The position numbers were made by a program, and so were the translations under genes. A stretch of DNA of 64,000 nucleotides from positions 568 through 64,567 of the forward strand of contig DUOO01000003.1 of NCBI GenBank assembly GCA_012838795.1. The letters are read 5' to 3'. How positions within the stretch are numbered: the stretch's first letter is position 1; each line of letters opens with the position of its first letter. Below the pieces are notes generated by a model, which saw only the letters and a list, made by a program, of their open reading frames with translations, was not told where the DNA came from and did not search any database. This DNA is from Clostridiaceae bacterium (GTDB lineage: Bacteria > Bacillota > Clostridia > Saccharofermentanales > DTU023). Positions 29,102 to 39,747 of this stretch are shown one piece after another.

Positions 29102-31555
29102 ATGTCCGAGCTTAGAATTATGAAATTTGTATTCCGACAAAGAATTATTGCTCTGCTGTTCAATGCCGAGCGCTACGGTCTGAAATTCAGCTGTTTATTA
29201 CTTTGTTTGATTTCGTATTTTACACGTGATTACTTAGTCCTATGTATGATTATTATTTTATTTTGTTCACTTTTTTTTATTATTGCTTATTCATATATTT
29301 CACAAAAAAATAAATTGTTTTATTTTGGGTTGTTGTGTTTATTGTTCATTCAAATGTGGCGAATTGCAGATGATATTTCTCAAACTCAAGATATCAGAAA
29401 GAATGTAGGAAAAACTGTCTACTTAGAACTTACGTCACAACAGACTCTTTTTCAAACAGATAAAGGAGGTGAATTCAAAATATTTCAAAGTCAAAATAGT
29501 ACTAAGTTTGCTGTTTGGTTAACGGATGAGCAAAGATACTGGCATAAAATTTCAGGTTACTTTAGACCGGAAGTTGCGCAAGAAGCCAGAAATCCAGGAG
29601 GTTTCAATCAAAAAGCCTATCTGGCGAATTACAATTGTCATGCTGTTTTAGATATGAAAGATTCAAGTAATTCAATTGATCAAATTATAATCAAAAAGCC
29701 ATTAATTGATCGAAATAAGCTGTTAATTGATTTTAGAAATTATCTAAGTTCAAGATTTGATGCGAAAACAGTAAATTTCCTGCTAAGTATATGTTTCGGT
29801 CAGACCGAGACATTAAATTCGGATCTTAAACAAGACTTTCAAAATCTTGGTTTGAGTCATCTGTTAGCAGTTTCAGGATTTCATTTTGACTTGTTTTTAA
29901 TACCTTTGTCGGAAGGGTTTAACCTGAAAAAACGGAATTTGAAAATTCAATTATTTATTGTTTTACCTTTGATCTTTATCTACAATTGGCTTTGTTCTTA
30001 TCCGATCGGGTTAATTAGAGCCAGTTTAATTTATAGCTTTGTCTTGTTAGGGAAGTATTTTGGCTTGGAGCTATCTCGAAAAAATATCTTATTAATAGTT
30101 ATGCAATTATTATTGCTGATGAACCCGTGGTTGATTTTTCAAAGTGCTTTTCAATTAAGTTTCTTGTCCGGTCTGACTATATATTATTATTTACCATATT
30201 TAAGAAAAATTAAAATTATGCAAAAGTTAAAACTTGTTCAGAGTATAACTTTATCATTATTGATTCAAATATTTATTTTACCTTTTTTAATTAAAAATTT
30301 TGGTGTTTGGCAATTAGGAGTTATCTTACTTGGCGGATTATTGAATTTCCCTTTGACAGTCATTTATTTAATAGGTCTATTTAGTTTTTATATATTTCTG
30401 CTATATAAGTTAATACAAAATGTATTGTTAATGAATTTTATATTATTTACATTGTTGGAAGAACCAATCGGAAAATTGTTTGAATTCATTAATTGGCTGA
30501 TTAGCAATGCATTGAATTTATTCTCGCGATTTGCGCGAGCTGATTTTTGGTTGAATTTACAAAATGATCAATCTTCATTATTCACATGGTTAGTTTTCGG
30601 AACCCTGATTTTAGGCATTGGTTTAACTTTTGCAAGGCTTTTTAACAGTCTTTTGATTGAGAAATACAGTGTATCTTTAACGATAAAACAGTTTTTGCCC
30701 GGATTTTTGGTTATATTATTATTACTTTTCAATATTTTTCGCCCGCAGCTCAATTGGAAAATCTGTTTTTTGGATGTCGGTCAGGGTGATTGTTGTTTAA
30801 TAATTACACCCGAGCGAGATTGTATTTTAATCGACGGAGGAATTCCCGGACAAGGTTATCGGACTATTATTCCTGCACTGAATCATTATGGAATTACCAA
30901 GGTTGATTACGCCATAATCAGTCATCTTGATTCGGATCATTATGGCGGAATTCTTGATTTGCTTGAAATAAGGCGAATAGAAGAACTTATTGTTCCGGAT
31001 TCAGATAACATCAATATGAACAAGATTGAAAGGAACAAGAGTATTATTAATAATCAATATTTATCTGATATATGTCAGAAAAATGGTGTAAAATATAAGA
31101 AAGTAAAACAATCAGATATTTTGATACTTGAGCCCTTGACCGCTGAATTTGAAATATTGACACCCGATCCGCTGCTGTTAAGGAACACACAAGATCAAAA
31201 TGCGTACAGTTTATGCTTTGTTTTGGAAATCGAGGATCTTAATGTGATGTTCACCGGAGATTTGAACAATCTGAGCGAACTAAATTTAATATCCAAATAT
31301 AAATTTGCTAAAATTGATATTCTTAAAGTTGCTCATCACGGTTCAAAATATTCCACGTCGGAGAAGTTTTTGAATGCTGTCAGGCCGGAACTGGCGATAA
31401 TTTCCGCAGGTAAAAACTGTTATGGACATCCTGCACCGGAATTGCTGGAAAGATTGACGCAACATAATATTAAGATCAAGCGTACAGATTTGAACGGTGC
31501 TATTGTGTTAGAATTGATAAATAATCAATGGCATCTGTCAACATATATTGAATAA
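29102..31555 (+). CDS. comEC: DNA internalization competence protein ComEC/Rec2
   Basis: RNPGGFN, GLSHLLAVSGFH, FQLSF, LDVGQGD, SHLDSDH, VAHHGS, YGHP, RTDLNG. Confidence 0.95.
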   Translation: MSELRIMKFVFRQRIIALLFNAERYGLKFSCLLLCLISYFTRDYLVLCMIIILFCSLFFIIAYSYISQKNKLFYFGLLCLLFIQMWRIADDISQTQDIRKNVGKTVYLELTSQQTLFQTDKGGEFKIFQSQNSTKFAVWLTDEQRYWHKISGYFRPEVAQEARNPGGFNQKAYLANYNCHAVLDMKDSSNSIDQIIIKKPLIDRNKLLIDFRNYLSSRFDAKTVNFLLSICFGQTETLNSDLKQDFQNLGLSHLLAVSGFHFDLFLIPLSEGFNLKKRNLKIQLFIVLPLIFIYNWLCSYPIGLIRASLIYSFVLLGKYFGLELSRKNILLIVMQLLLLMNPWLIFQSAFQLSFLSGLTIYYYLPYLRKIKIMQKLKLVQSITLSLLIQIFILPFLIKNFGVWQLGVILLGGLLNFPLTVIYLIGLFSFYIFLLYKLIQNVLLMNFILFTLLEEPIGKLFEFINWLISNALNLFSRFARADFWLNLQNDQSSLFTWLVFGTLILGIGLTFARLFNSLLIEKYSVSLTIKQFLPGFLVILLLLFNIFRPQLNWKICFLDVGQGDCCLIITPERDCILIDGGIPGQGYRTIIPALNHYGITKVDYAIISHLDSDHYGGILDLLEIRRIEELIVPDSDNINMNKIERNKSIINNQYLSDICQKNGVKYKKVKQSDILILEPLTAEFEILTPDPLLLRNTQDQNAYSLCFVLEIEDLNVMFTGDLNNLSELNLISKYKFAKIDILKVAHHGSKYSTSEKFLNAVRPELAIISAGKNCYGHPAPELLERLTQHNIKIKRTDLNGAIVLELINNQWHLSTYIE

Positions 31556-31561
31556 GAAAAA

Positions 31562-32623
31562 ATGACAAAATATAATTTTAGAACAATTAAACAAGAGATA
31601 GATCAGAATATCTGGCATAACGGTTATCTTATTTATGGTGAAGAATATTATTTAATAAAACAAATAATTGCTTTAATCTGCAATAGATTTGTTGAACCGC
31701 AAATGCAAGATATTGACTTAGTTAAAATAAATGCCGGATTGAAATTATCTGCCGAAGATATCGAACGTGTTAAACAAGAATTGCAGACACCGCCATTTAT
31801 GTCCGAGCGTAAAGTAATCTTGCTTGAAAAAACAGGATATTTTTCACGAGCTGAACAAGGTAAAGTTGAAGAGCGTAAGAAGAAACAGGAAGAGTTAAGT
31901 CAGATTTTTTCTCTGTTAAATTCAGGCAGCTGTTTAATCTTATATGAAGAAAATGTTGACGGCCGACTTAAGAAAAAACTCAAAAGCTGGTTGGAGTCAG
32001 GTGGGGTTCAAGTCGAAATCGGTCGTGAAGAGATCAGTGTTTTGCGACACTGGCTTCAAGTCAAGGCCCAGCAAAAAAGAATTGGTTTAACATATGAGGC
32101 TGCTGATAATCTCATTGATCGTTGTGAATCCGACATGACACAACTTGAGCAAGAGTTTAGTAAAGTCTTACTGTATGCAGAATATGCCGGATTAGCCGGA
32201 ATTGATTTAGCTACAATTGATCTGGTTTGCAAATCCGATCTCAGAGGTACGGTTTTTGATCTGACTGATGCAGTTTCAGCAGGTCAAACCGATAAAGCAT
32301 TGAATTTACTTGATACTTTATTAATCTTAAAAGAGCCTCTGCCTTTGATCAGATTTATGTTTGCACGCCACATCAAACAATTAATCTGTGCCAAAGAGTT
32401 AGGTAATGAGCAACTTTTAATTAAAAAAATCGGAGTTTATCCTTTCGTCGCCCGCAGACTTATTAAGCAGGCACGAAATATGTCAATCGAAAAACTGGAG
32501 CATTTTTATCGCTTAGCTTTTGAATCAGATTGGAAAGTCAAACGTGGTCATATGACAGATCGATTGTCTTTTGAAACATTGTTAATTGAAGCAAGTTTAA
32601 CTTTTGCTGGCAAAGTTCGTTAA
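31562..32623 (+). CDS. holA: DNA polymerase III delta subunit
   Basis: YLIYGEEYYL, TPPFMSERKV, VFDLTDAV; canonical position after comEC. Confidence 0.92.
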   Translation: MTKYNFRTIKQEIDQNIWHNGYLIYGEEYYLIKQIIALICNRFVEPQMQDIDLVKINAGLKLSAEDIERVKQELQTPPFMSERKVILLEKTGYFSRAEQGKVEERKKKQEELSQIFSLLNSGSCLILYEENVDGRLKKKLKSWLESGGVQVEIGREEISVLRHWLQVKAQQKRIGLTYEAADNLIDRCESDMTQLEQEFSKVLLYAEYAGLAGIDLATIDLVCKSDLRGTVFDLTDAVSAGQTDKALNLLDTLLILKEPLPLIRFMFARHIKQLICAKELGNEQLLIKKIGVYPFVARRLIKQARNMSIEKLEHFYRLAFESDWKVKRGHMTDRLSFETLLIEASLTFAGKVR

Positions 32624-32676
32624 TAGTAGTTAAAATATAAAATGTTTAAATAATATTTGATGGAAGGAATGAGAAA

Positions 32677-33183
32677 ATGAGTTCATATCTTGAACAGTGG
32701 AATGCAATGTTCCGGGACCAGCAAAGTCAACAGCAGAATATGGCGGAAATTGATTTGTATTATAAATTAGAAACAGAAGCTTACGAAATTATTTTGGCTG
32801 AACCGCAAAAAGTCTGGCAAGGAAAATTTGAGGATTTAAGAGAAGACTTAGGTTTTGGCAAAAAATCAGTAATCTTTGCAGGATTTCTTGAAGGAATTAA
32901 TTCAAGTCTGAAAGAAGAGCTGGATTTAGATAAAGTTGATGACGAAACAGAATTGAAAATCGAGATTGATTTTGAGAAATTGTTTATTGCGATGCATGAG
33001 GCAAAAGCTGATTGGTTATATGGCATTAAAGCATGGAACGATATAATTGATCCTGAGAAACAGCAAGAAATGTTGTATGAATGGCGCCAAAGCAAAATTG
33101 TTCGCGTTGATAGGATCGGACGTAATGAACCTTGTCCATGTGGCAGTGGTAAAAAATACAAAAATTGCTGTGGCAAAAGCTAG
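32677..33183 (+). CDS. SEC-C metal-binding domain protein
   Basis: [18 protein letters not shown]-terminal [18 protein letters not shown]. Confidence 0.9.
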   Translation: MSSYLEQWNAMFRDQQSQQQNMAEIDLYYKLETEAYEIILAEPQKVWQGKFEDLREDLGFGKKSVIFAGFLEGINSSLKEELDLDKVDDETELKIEIDFEKLFIAMHEAKADWLYGIKAWNDIIDPEKQQEMLYEWRQSKIVRVDRIGRNEPCPCGSGKKYKNCCGKS

Positions 33184-33192
33184 GAGGAAAAG

Positions 33193-34587
33193 ATGGCTTA
33201 TACTTTAATTCGGGATTTGTTTCGCAGTCCGGAGGAGTATAAAGATAAAAGTGTTACCGTAGGCGGCTGGGTCAGAACAATCAGAGATCAAAAAAACTTC
33301 GGTTTTATTACCTTGAATGACGGAACTTTTTTTAAACCTTTGCAAATTGTTTTTGAACGGGAATTTTTGGATGATTTTGATGAAGTTGCTAAAATCGGGA
33401 ATGGAGCTTCGATTACAGCTAAAGGCAAAATCATTTTGACACCAGATGCGAAACAACCTTTTGAAATGAAAGCTGAACAGATAATTCCGGAAGGAGAATC
33501 TCCGGAGGATTATCCTCTGCAACCGAAAAGACATACTCCGGAATTTTTGCGAACCATTGCCCATTTACGTCCGCGGACAAATCTGTTTTCAGCAGTGTTC
33601 AGAGTTCGTTCCGAAGCATCCTATGCAATTCATAAATTCTTTCATGATCGTAATTTTATTTATCTTCATACTCCGATTATCACTTCAAGTGATGCGGAGG
33701 GAGCAGGTGAAATGTTCCGTGTTACGACTTTAGATCTGAAAAATCCTCCGTTGACTGAAGACGGCAAAATTAATTATAAACAAGATTTTTTCGGTAAAGA
33801 AGTTCATTTGACAGTCAGCGGGCAATTAGCGGGTGAAGCATTTGCTTTAGCTTTCCGCAATATTTACACATTCGGTCCTACTTTCAGAGCTGAAAATTCG
33901 AATACTGCTCGTCATGCTGCTGAGTTTTGGATGATAGAACCGGAGATTGCTTTTGCTGATCTTTATGATTGCACTCAACTGGCTGAAGATATGATCAAAG
34001 CGATAATAAATCATGTTCTGACAACTTGTCCGGAAGAAATGGCGTTCTTTAATCAATTTGTCGATAAAGGACTGCTGGCTAGGCTGAATGATGTTCTGAA
34101 CAGTGAATTTGCTTATCTGACTTTTACCGAAGCGATTGACGAATTGTTAAAAGCTGATCTGGATTTCGAATATCCGGTAAAATGGGGCTGTGATTTACAA
34201 ACTGAACACGAACGCTATTTAACCGAAAGAATATGCAAAGGTCCGGTTTTTGTTACTGATTATCCGAAAGATATTAAAGCTTTCTATATGAAATCAAATT
34301 CAGACGGTAAGACAGTAGCTGCAATGGACTGTTTAGTTCCGGGAGTCGGAGAAATTGTCGGCGGAAGTCAAAGAGAAGATAACCTTGATGTGCTTAAAGC
34401 CAGGATTCTCGAATTAGGTTTAAAGAAAGAACAGTACGATTGGTATCTGGAATTACGTAAATATGGTTCGATTCGTCATGCAGGTTATGGTTTAGGCTTT
34501 GAACGGATGATTATGTATTTGACGGGTGTAAATAATATCAGAGATGTCCTGCCGTTCCCGCGTACGGTTGGGCACATTGAGTATTAA
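33193..34587 (+). CDS. asnS: Asparagine--tRNA ligase
   Basis: [47 protein letters not shown]. Confidence 0.97.
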   Translation: MAYTLIRDLFRSPEEYKDKSVTVGGWVRTIRDQKNFGFITLNDGTFFKPLQIVFEREFLDDFDEVAKIGNGASITAKGKIILTPDAKQPFEMKAEQIIPEGESPEDYPLQPKRHTPEFLRTIAHLRPRTNLFSAVFRVRSEASYAIHKFFHDRNFIYLHTPIITSSDAEGAGEMFRVTTLDLKNPPLTEDGKINYKQDFFGKEVHLTVSGQLAGEAFALAFRNIYTFGPTFRAENSNTARHAAEFWMIEPEIAFADLYDCTQLAEDMIKAIINHVLTTCPEEMAFFNQFVDKGLLARLNDVLNSEFAYLTFTEAIDELLKADLDFEYPVKWGCDLQTEHERYLTERICKGPVFVTDYPKDIKAFYMKSNSDGKTVAAMDCLVPGVGEIVGGSQREDNLDVLKARILELGLKKEQYDWYLELRKYGSIRHAGYGLGFERMIMYLTGVNNIRDVLPFPRTVGHIEY

Positions 34588-34680
34588 GTGAGTATATATG
34601 GCATTAAGTATTAGTGATTAAACTTAAATTCAGTTCAATTTACTTTAATTTAATTCTTTACTGAAAAGAAAGGTTAAAGT

Positions 34681-35370
34681 ATGAACACAAAATTAACAAT
34701 CCGGGAATGGCCGGTTGCTGATCGGCCCTATGAAAAATTAGAACAGCTTGGAACCAAAGCTTTATCCGATGCGGAACTGGTAGCAGCGGTTATCTCAAGC
34801 GGGATGAACGGCAAGACATCAGTAGAAATAGCAATGCAATTGCTCACGACTTATGACAATATCGGTTTTTTGCAAACGGCTAGTCTGGAGGAATTGCAGA
34901 AAGTAGCCGGTATCGGACGGGTGAAAGCGATCCGAATTAAAGCTGCAGTAGAATTAGGCAATAGAGTAAACAATTGTGTAGCAAACCGGGACAGAGAACA
35001 GTTAAGCAGTTGTCATGGGGCAATTCTATATTTTGAAAATCAATTAAGATTTTTACCTCGAGAAGAATTTCACTTGGCATTGCTCAACATCAAACATGAA
35101 TTAATCAGAACAGTTCAAGTTTCGACCGGGGATATTAAATCTATTGAATTAGATGCGAGAGAGATTTTTCGTGAAGCAATCAGAAGTAATGCCGCAGGTG
35201 TGATCTTGGCACATAATCATCCGAGCGGAGATCCGGCACCTTCAGAAAGAGATATTGTTACAACCAAGAAAATATATGAGATCGGCAAACAATTAAATGT
35301 TCATATTTTAGACCACATTATTGTCGGAGCAAAAGAATCGATCAGTTTGAAAGCTGCAGGATATTTTTAG
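34681..35370 (+). CDS. radC: RadC family JAB/MPN domain protein
   Basis: RPYEKL, LSDAEL, GIGRVKA, HNHPSGD, LDHIIVG. Confidence 0.95.
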   Translation: MNTKLTIREWPVADRPYEKLEQLGTKALSDAELVAAVISSGMNGKTSVEIAMQLLTTYDNIGFLQTASLEELQKVAGIGRVKAIRIKAAVELGNRVNNCVANRDREQLSSCHGAILYFENQLRFLPREEFHLALLNIKHELIRTVQVSTGDIKSIELDAREIFREAIRSNAAGVILAHNHPSGDPAPSERDIVTTKKIYEIGKQLNVHILDHIIVGAKESISLKAAGYF

Positions 35371-35425
35371 ATAGATTATAGTAAATTTTTAACTGGAGTT
35401 TATTACTTCAATCAGGTGAATTAAA

Positions 35426-36301
35426 GTGTCAAAGAATAGACGGACAAGAATATTAATAGTTTTAGTAGTTACTATTGTAGTTTCAATAATGATGGTTTAT
35501 TCCATTTTGCCTGAAAGTTTTGTCAACAAAAGTACGAATCCGTTATCAGCAATTTTTAAACCAATCCAAAATCTTATTAATAATGTGAAAGAGTCCGGTC
35601 GGAATTATTTTTCTACGACAACTTTGAATCGTGAATTATCCGATCAGATTGCAGAACTTGAGCGGCAAAATGTTGAACTTCGTCTTCAGATAAAAGAAAA
35701 TGAAGCTTTAGCAATTGAATATGACAAGTTAAAACTAGCTTTCAATTTGTCTTCAAAATACAATTATTCGATTATTGAGGCAGGTCGAATCACTCAAAGA
35801 CCGATCAACCAAGATACATCCTTATTTCGGATCGACAAAGGCAAAAAAGCCGGAATTGATATGTCTGAAATCAAAGGATTCCCTGTAGTTAATGCGAATG
35901 CTCAGGTGTTTGGCCGAATTTACAATTCAGATGAATTTAGCGCAAAAGTTTTGCCGATCACACATGAAGGATTTTCAGTCAGCTGTTACGCTGAAGATAA
36001 CAGAGGCCAGACTTTTGTCTTACGTGGTGATCAGGAATTGAAAAGCCGCAACTTATGCGTTTTAGACGAAATACCTGCTGCGACGGTAATCAATACTGAT
36101 GATCAAATCATTACCAGTGGTCTGGGCGGAATTTTTCCATACGGTCTTGAGCTGGGCAAAGTAGTCGAGATTTTACCTGTTGATGAGCGTGGATATCGTC
36201 AGGCATTGGTAGAACCGGCAATAAATTATGCTGAAACAGATGTTGTGTTTGTCATGTCAGGCCTGGCACTAAGTGATGATAGCTATACCGGAGAAGAATA
36301 A
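35426..36301 (+). CDS. mreC: Rod shape-determining protein MreC
   Basis: N-terminal TM and coiled coil, IDKGKKAGI, ITSGLGGIFPYGLELG. Confidence 0.9.
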   Translation: MSKNRRTRILIVLVVTIVVSIMMVYSILPESFVNKSTNPLSAIFKPIQNLINNVKESGRNYFSTTTLNRELSDQIAELERQNVELRLQIKENEALAIEYDKLKLAFNLSSKYNYSIIEAGRITQRPINQDTSLFRIDKGKKAGIDMSEIKGFPVVNANAQVFGRIYNSDEFSAKVLPITHEGFSVSCYAEDNRGQTFVLRGDQELKSRNLCVLDEIPAATVINTDDQIITSGLGGIFPYGLELGKVVEILPVDERGYRQALVEPAINYAETDVVFVMSGLALSDDSYTGEE

Positions 36302-36304
36302 TCG

Positions 36305-36886
36305 ATGTCTAAGAAAAATCTGATTATTAATTTTTTGAAAGTATTGCTTTATTGCTTCTTGGCTTTTGTGTTTAATCAAATAAGTCAAGTGATATTTCCG
36401 AGCTTGAAAGTATATCCGAACTTCTTTTTCAGCTTAATATGGGTTTTTGCGTATCTTTATAACAGTATTTGGAGTTTAGTTGTTGGTTTATTGGCCGGAT
36501 TTTTTCATGATTGGCTGTTCAGCCCGATTATCGGTGTTGGAATATTTATCGGTATGTTGACATCAGTATTTTGTTCCGGATTTTTACAATCTATATGGCA
36601 ACGCCGAACTGCATTTTTATTCGTACAGTCTCTAATTGCTATACTTGTAACAAAATTTTTGGAAGCATTTTTTCATTTTATGTTCTCAGTTTTGCAATAT
36701 GAACTGGTGTTGAAATTCAGTTATATCCGGCATAGTTTTGTACGAGATTTGCCTTTGTCTGTAGGAGTTAATTTACTTGCAACGGTATTGTGGTTTTTGA
36801 TTCTTCGCTTTATCATACCTTATACAAAAATCAAACAGGATCAAGAATTTGACAGTTTGTACAATGATACTCAGGAGGTTCTCTAA
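36305..36886 (+). CDS. mreD: Rod shape-determining protein MreD
   Basis: Hydrophobic, YPNF and GLLAGFFHD motifs, lies between mreC and pbp2. Confidence 0.82.
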   Translation: MSKKNLIINFLKVLLYCFLAFVFNQISQVIFPSLKVYPNFFFSLIWVFAYLYNSIWSLVVGLLAGFFHDWLFSPIIGVGIFIGMLTSVFCSGFLQSIWQRRTAFLFVQSLIAILVTKFLEAFFHFMFSVLQYELVLKFSYIRHSFVRDLPLSVGVNLLATVLWFLILRFIIPYTKIKQDQEFDSLYNDTQEVL

Positions 36887-39148
36887 GTGGCACGCTCTGA
36901 TTTTAATCCAATCAGAAGTAAATCAAGTTCCAATGTCAAAAGATCGGATAATCGGATCTTTAAGAATCGCAATATTTTGATCGGCATCTTTTTTATCCTG
37001 ATGTTTTTACTTATCTTTTGGCGAACCTCTGAATTACAATTGAGTTCAGCTGATTCGGATCAGATTCCGGTAACTTATGGTAATCGGGCTCAAATGCAGG
37101 TTGAGGCCCCGCGTGGAGATATTCTGGACAGTTCCGGAGAGCCGATTGCCTATTCAACAACTCAACCTATGTTGTACCTTTGCAATTCAGGTTTGGAAGG
37201 AACCGCACTTAATGATATGTTGCTCGATTTAAGTGAATTAATGCTCGAAAACGGTGTTAAGCTGCCTGAAAATCTGGTGAACTATTTTGATTATTCCAGT
37301 GCCAGTAAAGAAAAACGAGATAAAAGTAATGCAGAATTTGTGTTTAAAAAAGATTTACAGGAAATTGAAAAATGGCAACAGAATACAGATCTTTTCGGTC
37401 TGAAAAAAGCAGAAGACACCAAAAGAATTGAAGAACAAATTATAACCGATCCGCAGAAATTTTATGAATATTTGCTTTTTGACAAATTCGGTATTGAAGA
37501 CCGAGATGCCGGAGGTGATTATCGCTATACGGTTGAAGAGGCTTTTAATATTATTCAAATGCGTTATTTAATTTTAGAACATAATTGGCAATACACGCAA
37601 GGACAAGCCATTGAGGTAGGTGGTCCGGTTAATCAAAAAATAATTACGGCAGTTGAAGAACAAAATCAGAGATATGCCGGAGTCTTAATTGCAGATAAAC
37701 CACAAAGGCAATATTCAGAAAACAGTTTTCTCTATGCTCACGTTTTGGGTTATACCGGACAAATATCGGAAACAGAATATCAGCAATTTAAAAATCTGAA
37801 TTACGGTTTAAACGATATTATCGGCAAAAGCGGAGTTGAACTTTCGGCGGAAAGATATTTGCACGGAGTTCCCGGAATATTACCTTACAGTTATTGGGAA
37901 AAAACTGCAGAAGGTGAAGAATTTATTCAAGGAACAGGTGGTGTTGCACCTCAACCCGGAGCAAACGTGCGTTTGACTTTAGATCAGGATGTTCAAAGAG
38001 TGATGCTCGAAGCTTTTTCTGAACATATGGCTGAACTGAGAGATAAAGAGGATTCGGTGCCTGCAAAAGCTGCCGGCGGAGTGTTGATGAATGTAAAAAC
38101 CGGTGCCGTAATAGCTATGTGTGCGATACCATCGTTTAATCCACAAGATTTTATTATGGCTCAATATGATTCTGAAGCGGCAGAACGAGTTCAAGAGTAT
38201 TTCTCAGATAATGATAATAAACCTATGCTGAATCGGGCAATTTCTGAAATTTATCATCCTGCGTCAACGTTCAAACCGTTTACGGCAATAGCCGCATTGG
38301 AAAACGGAGTTATCTCTGAAACTAATCAAGTTTATAATTGTGCAGGAAAAGAAGAAATAGGCCATAGAATTTGGACTTGTTACGGGGAGCCTGATCAAGG
38401 TCATGGTGACTTAACTTTGCGTCAGGCAATGGCTACATCATGCAATTTGTATTTTGCCAAATTAGGTATCGATACTACAATTGATAAGCTTTCTCCGATT
38501 TTTAAAAAGCTGGGTATGGGTGAATATTCCGGAATTGATTTACCGGGTGAAGCAAAAGGTATCCGACCGAGTAAAGAAGTTAAACGCAAAACGCGAGCTT
38601 TGCCGGAAGATCAATTATGGTTTCCCGCAGATACTGCTCAATCTTCGATCGGCCAGTTTGATAATGCTTATACAATGATTCAACTGGCAAGAGGTGTTGG
38701 CGGAATTGCTACAGGAAAATTGGTTCAACCTCATGTAATAAAAGAAATTACCGCTCCGAACGGAGAAATAATAAAACCGGAAGTAATCCAAATTGAAGAT
38801 TTAGGATTTTCGGAATCTTCAATTAATTTAGTAAAAAATGCAATGAACGGTCTGCAACACGATATTGAATACAGTACGACATATCTTAATTTCCATAATT
38901 ATCCTATGGAATTAGGCATGAAAACCGGAACGGCGGAAGTACAGGACAGCTCAAGTACGAATATATCCATCGATTCGCTATTTGTTTGTTTTGCACCTTT
39001 GGATGATCCGGAAGTTGTTTTTGCAGGAATTGTTGAAGATGCTACAATTGGTGCCGGTTTATCCACAGTTGCAAAAAAAGTATTGGATCAATATTTCGGA
39101 ATTGAAACTCCTGAGCCTGCTGCTGAACCTGCTCCGGTAATTGATTAG
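36887..39148 (+). CDS. mrdA: Class B penicillin-binding protein 2
   Basis: APRGDI, HVLGY, GKSGVE, SxxK (ASTFK), SCN, KTG. Confidence 0.92.
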   Translation: MARSDFNPIRSKSSSNVKRSDNRIFKNRNILIGIFFILMFLLIFWRTSELQLSSADSDQIPVTYGNRAQMQVEAPRGDILDSSGEPIAYSTTQPMLYLCNSGLEGTALNDMLLDLSELMLENGVKLPENLVNYFDYSSASKEKRDKSNAEFVFKKDLQEIEKWQQNTDLFGLKKAEDTKRIEEQIITDPQKFYEYLLFDKFGIEDRDAGGDYRYTVEEAFNIIQMRYLILEHNWQYTQGQAIEVGGPVNQKIITAVEEQNQRYAGVLIADKPQRQYSENSFLYAHVLGYTGQISETEYQQFKNLNYGLNDIIGKSGVELSAERYLHGVPGILPYSYWEKTAEGEEFIQGTGGVAPQPGANVRLTLDQDVQRVMLEAFSEHMAELRDKEDSVPAKAAGGVLMNVKTGAVIAMCAIPSFNPQDFIMAQYDSEAAERVQEYFSDNDNKPMLNRAISEIYHPASTFKPFTAIAALENGVISETNQVYNCAGKEEIGHRIWTCYGEPDQGHGDLTLRQAMATSCNLYFAKLGIDTTIDKLSPIFKKLGMGEYSGIDLPGEAKGIRPSKEVKRKTRALPEDQLWFPADTAQSSIGQFDNAYTMIQLARGVGGIATGKLVQPHVIKEITAPNGEIIKPEVIQIEDLGFSESSINLVKNAMNGLQHDIEYSTTYLNFHNYPMELGMKTGTAEVQDSSSTNISIDSLFVCFAPLDDPEVVFAGIVEDATIGAGLSTVAKKVLDQYFGIETPEPAAEPAPVID

Positions 39149-39278
39149 GAAATTACACCGGAAATTCAGCCTGACATTGCACCCTAAGCTCACTTTGAAA
39201 GCTAATTCTAAAATTTCAATTTTATTTAATTTCATTTTAATCTGCAGTTTTTATATGGGAAAATTAAGTAAAAAAATC

Positions 39279-39307
39279 TTGAAATGATTGTTTTTTTTAG
39301 TTATTAT
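39279..39307 (+). promoter_or_regulatory. Putative sigma-A promoter of the mgsA-like gene
   Basis: TTGAAA-17 bp-TATTAT. Confidence 0.55.
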
Positions 39308-39345
39308 GTATAGAATATATGTTTAATATAATTGAGGAGGTAGCT

Positions 39346-39735
39346 GTGAATATTGTTCTCATTGCAGACACGAGAAAATATGACTTGTTAGTAAATTTCT
39401 GTATCGCTTACCGGCAAATTTTAGCACAACATCATTTGATTTCACTTTTTAATATATCCCGTACCATTCATGAAAATACGGATTTGACGGTAGAAACGCT
39501 CACTACCGATATGTTGGCAGGTGTTGAACAACTTGCATCTAAAGCGAACTACAATGAGATAGATGCCGTTGTTTATTTAAGAGATCCGTTGCTTCGTACT
39601 TACGATGTTCCGAACTCACTGTTGAGAGCTTGCGATGTAAACAGTATTCCTTTAGCAACAAATGTTGCGACTGCTGAAATACTGGTATTAGCTATTGATC
39701 GCGGAGATCTTGATTGGCGTGAATTAATTCGTTGA
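39346..39735 (+). CDS. mgsA: Methylglyoxal synthase-like protein with degenerate active-site motifs
   Basis: NIVLIA, FCIAY, LRDP, LLRACDVNSIPLATNVATAE, GDLDWRE; GTG start at 39346 after GAGGAGG. Confidence 0.8.
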   Translation: MNIVLIADTRKYDLLVNFCIAYRQILAQHHLISLFNISRTIHENTDLTVETLTTDMLAGVEQLASKANYNEIDAVVYLRDPLLRTYDVPNSLLRACDVNSIPLATNVATAEILVLAIDRGDLDWRELIR

Positions 39736-39747
39736 TGAGAGCTAGAT

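Noticed and set aside
33120-33170. Nucleotide similarity to 50765-50812
   Set aside because: Explained by the shared SEC-C zinc-binding motif in two proteins
23170-33195. TAG recoding, since queH-rqcH and SEC-C-asnS are in frame across TAG stops
   Set aside because: Both downstream genes have their own canonical N-termini, other TAG stops end genes at expected lengths, and no internal TAG interrupts a conserved gene
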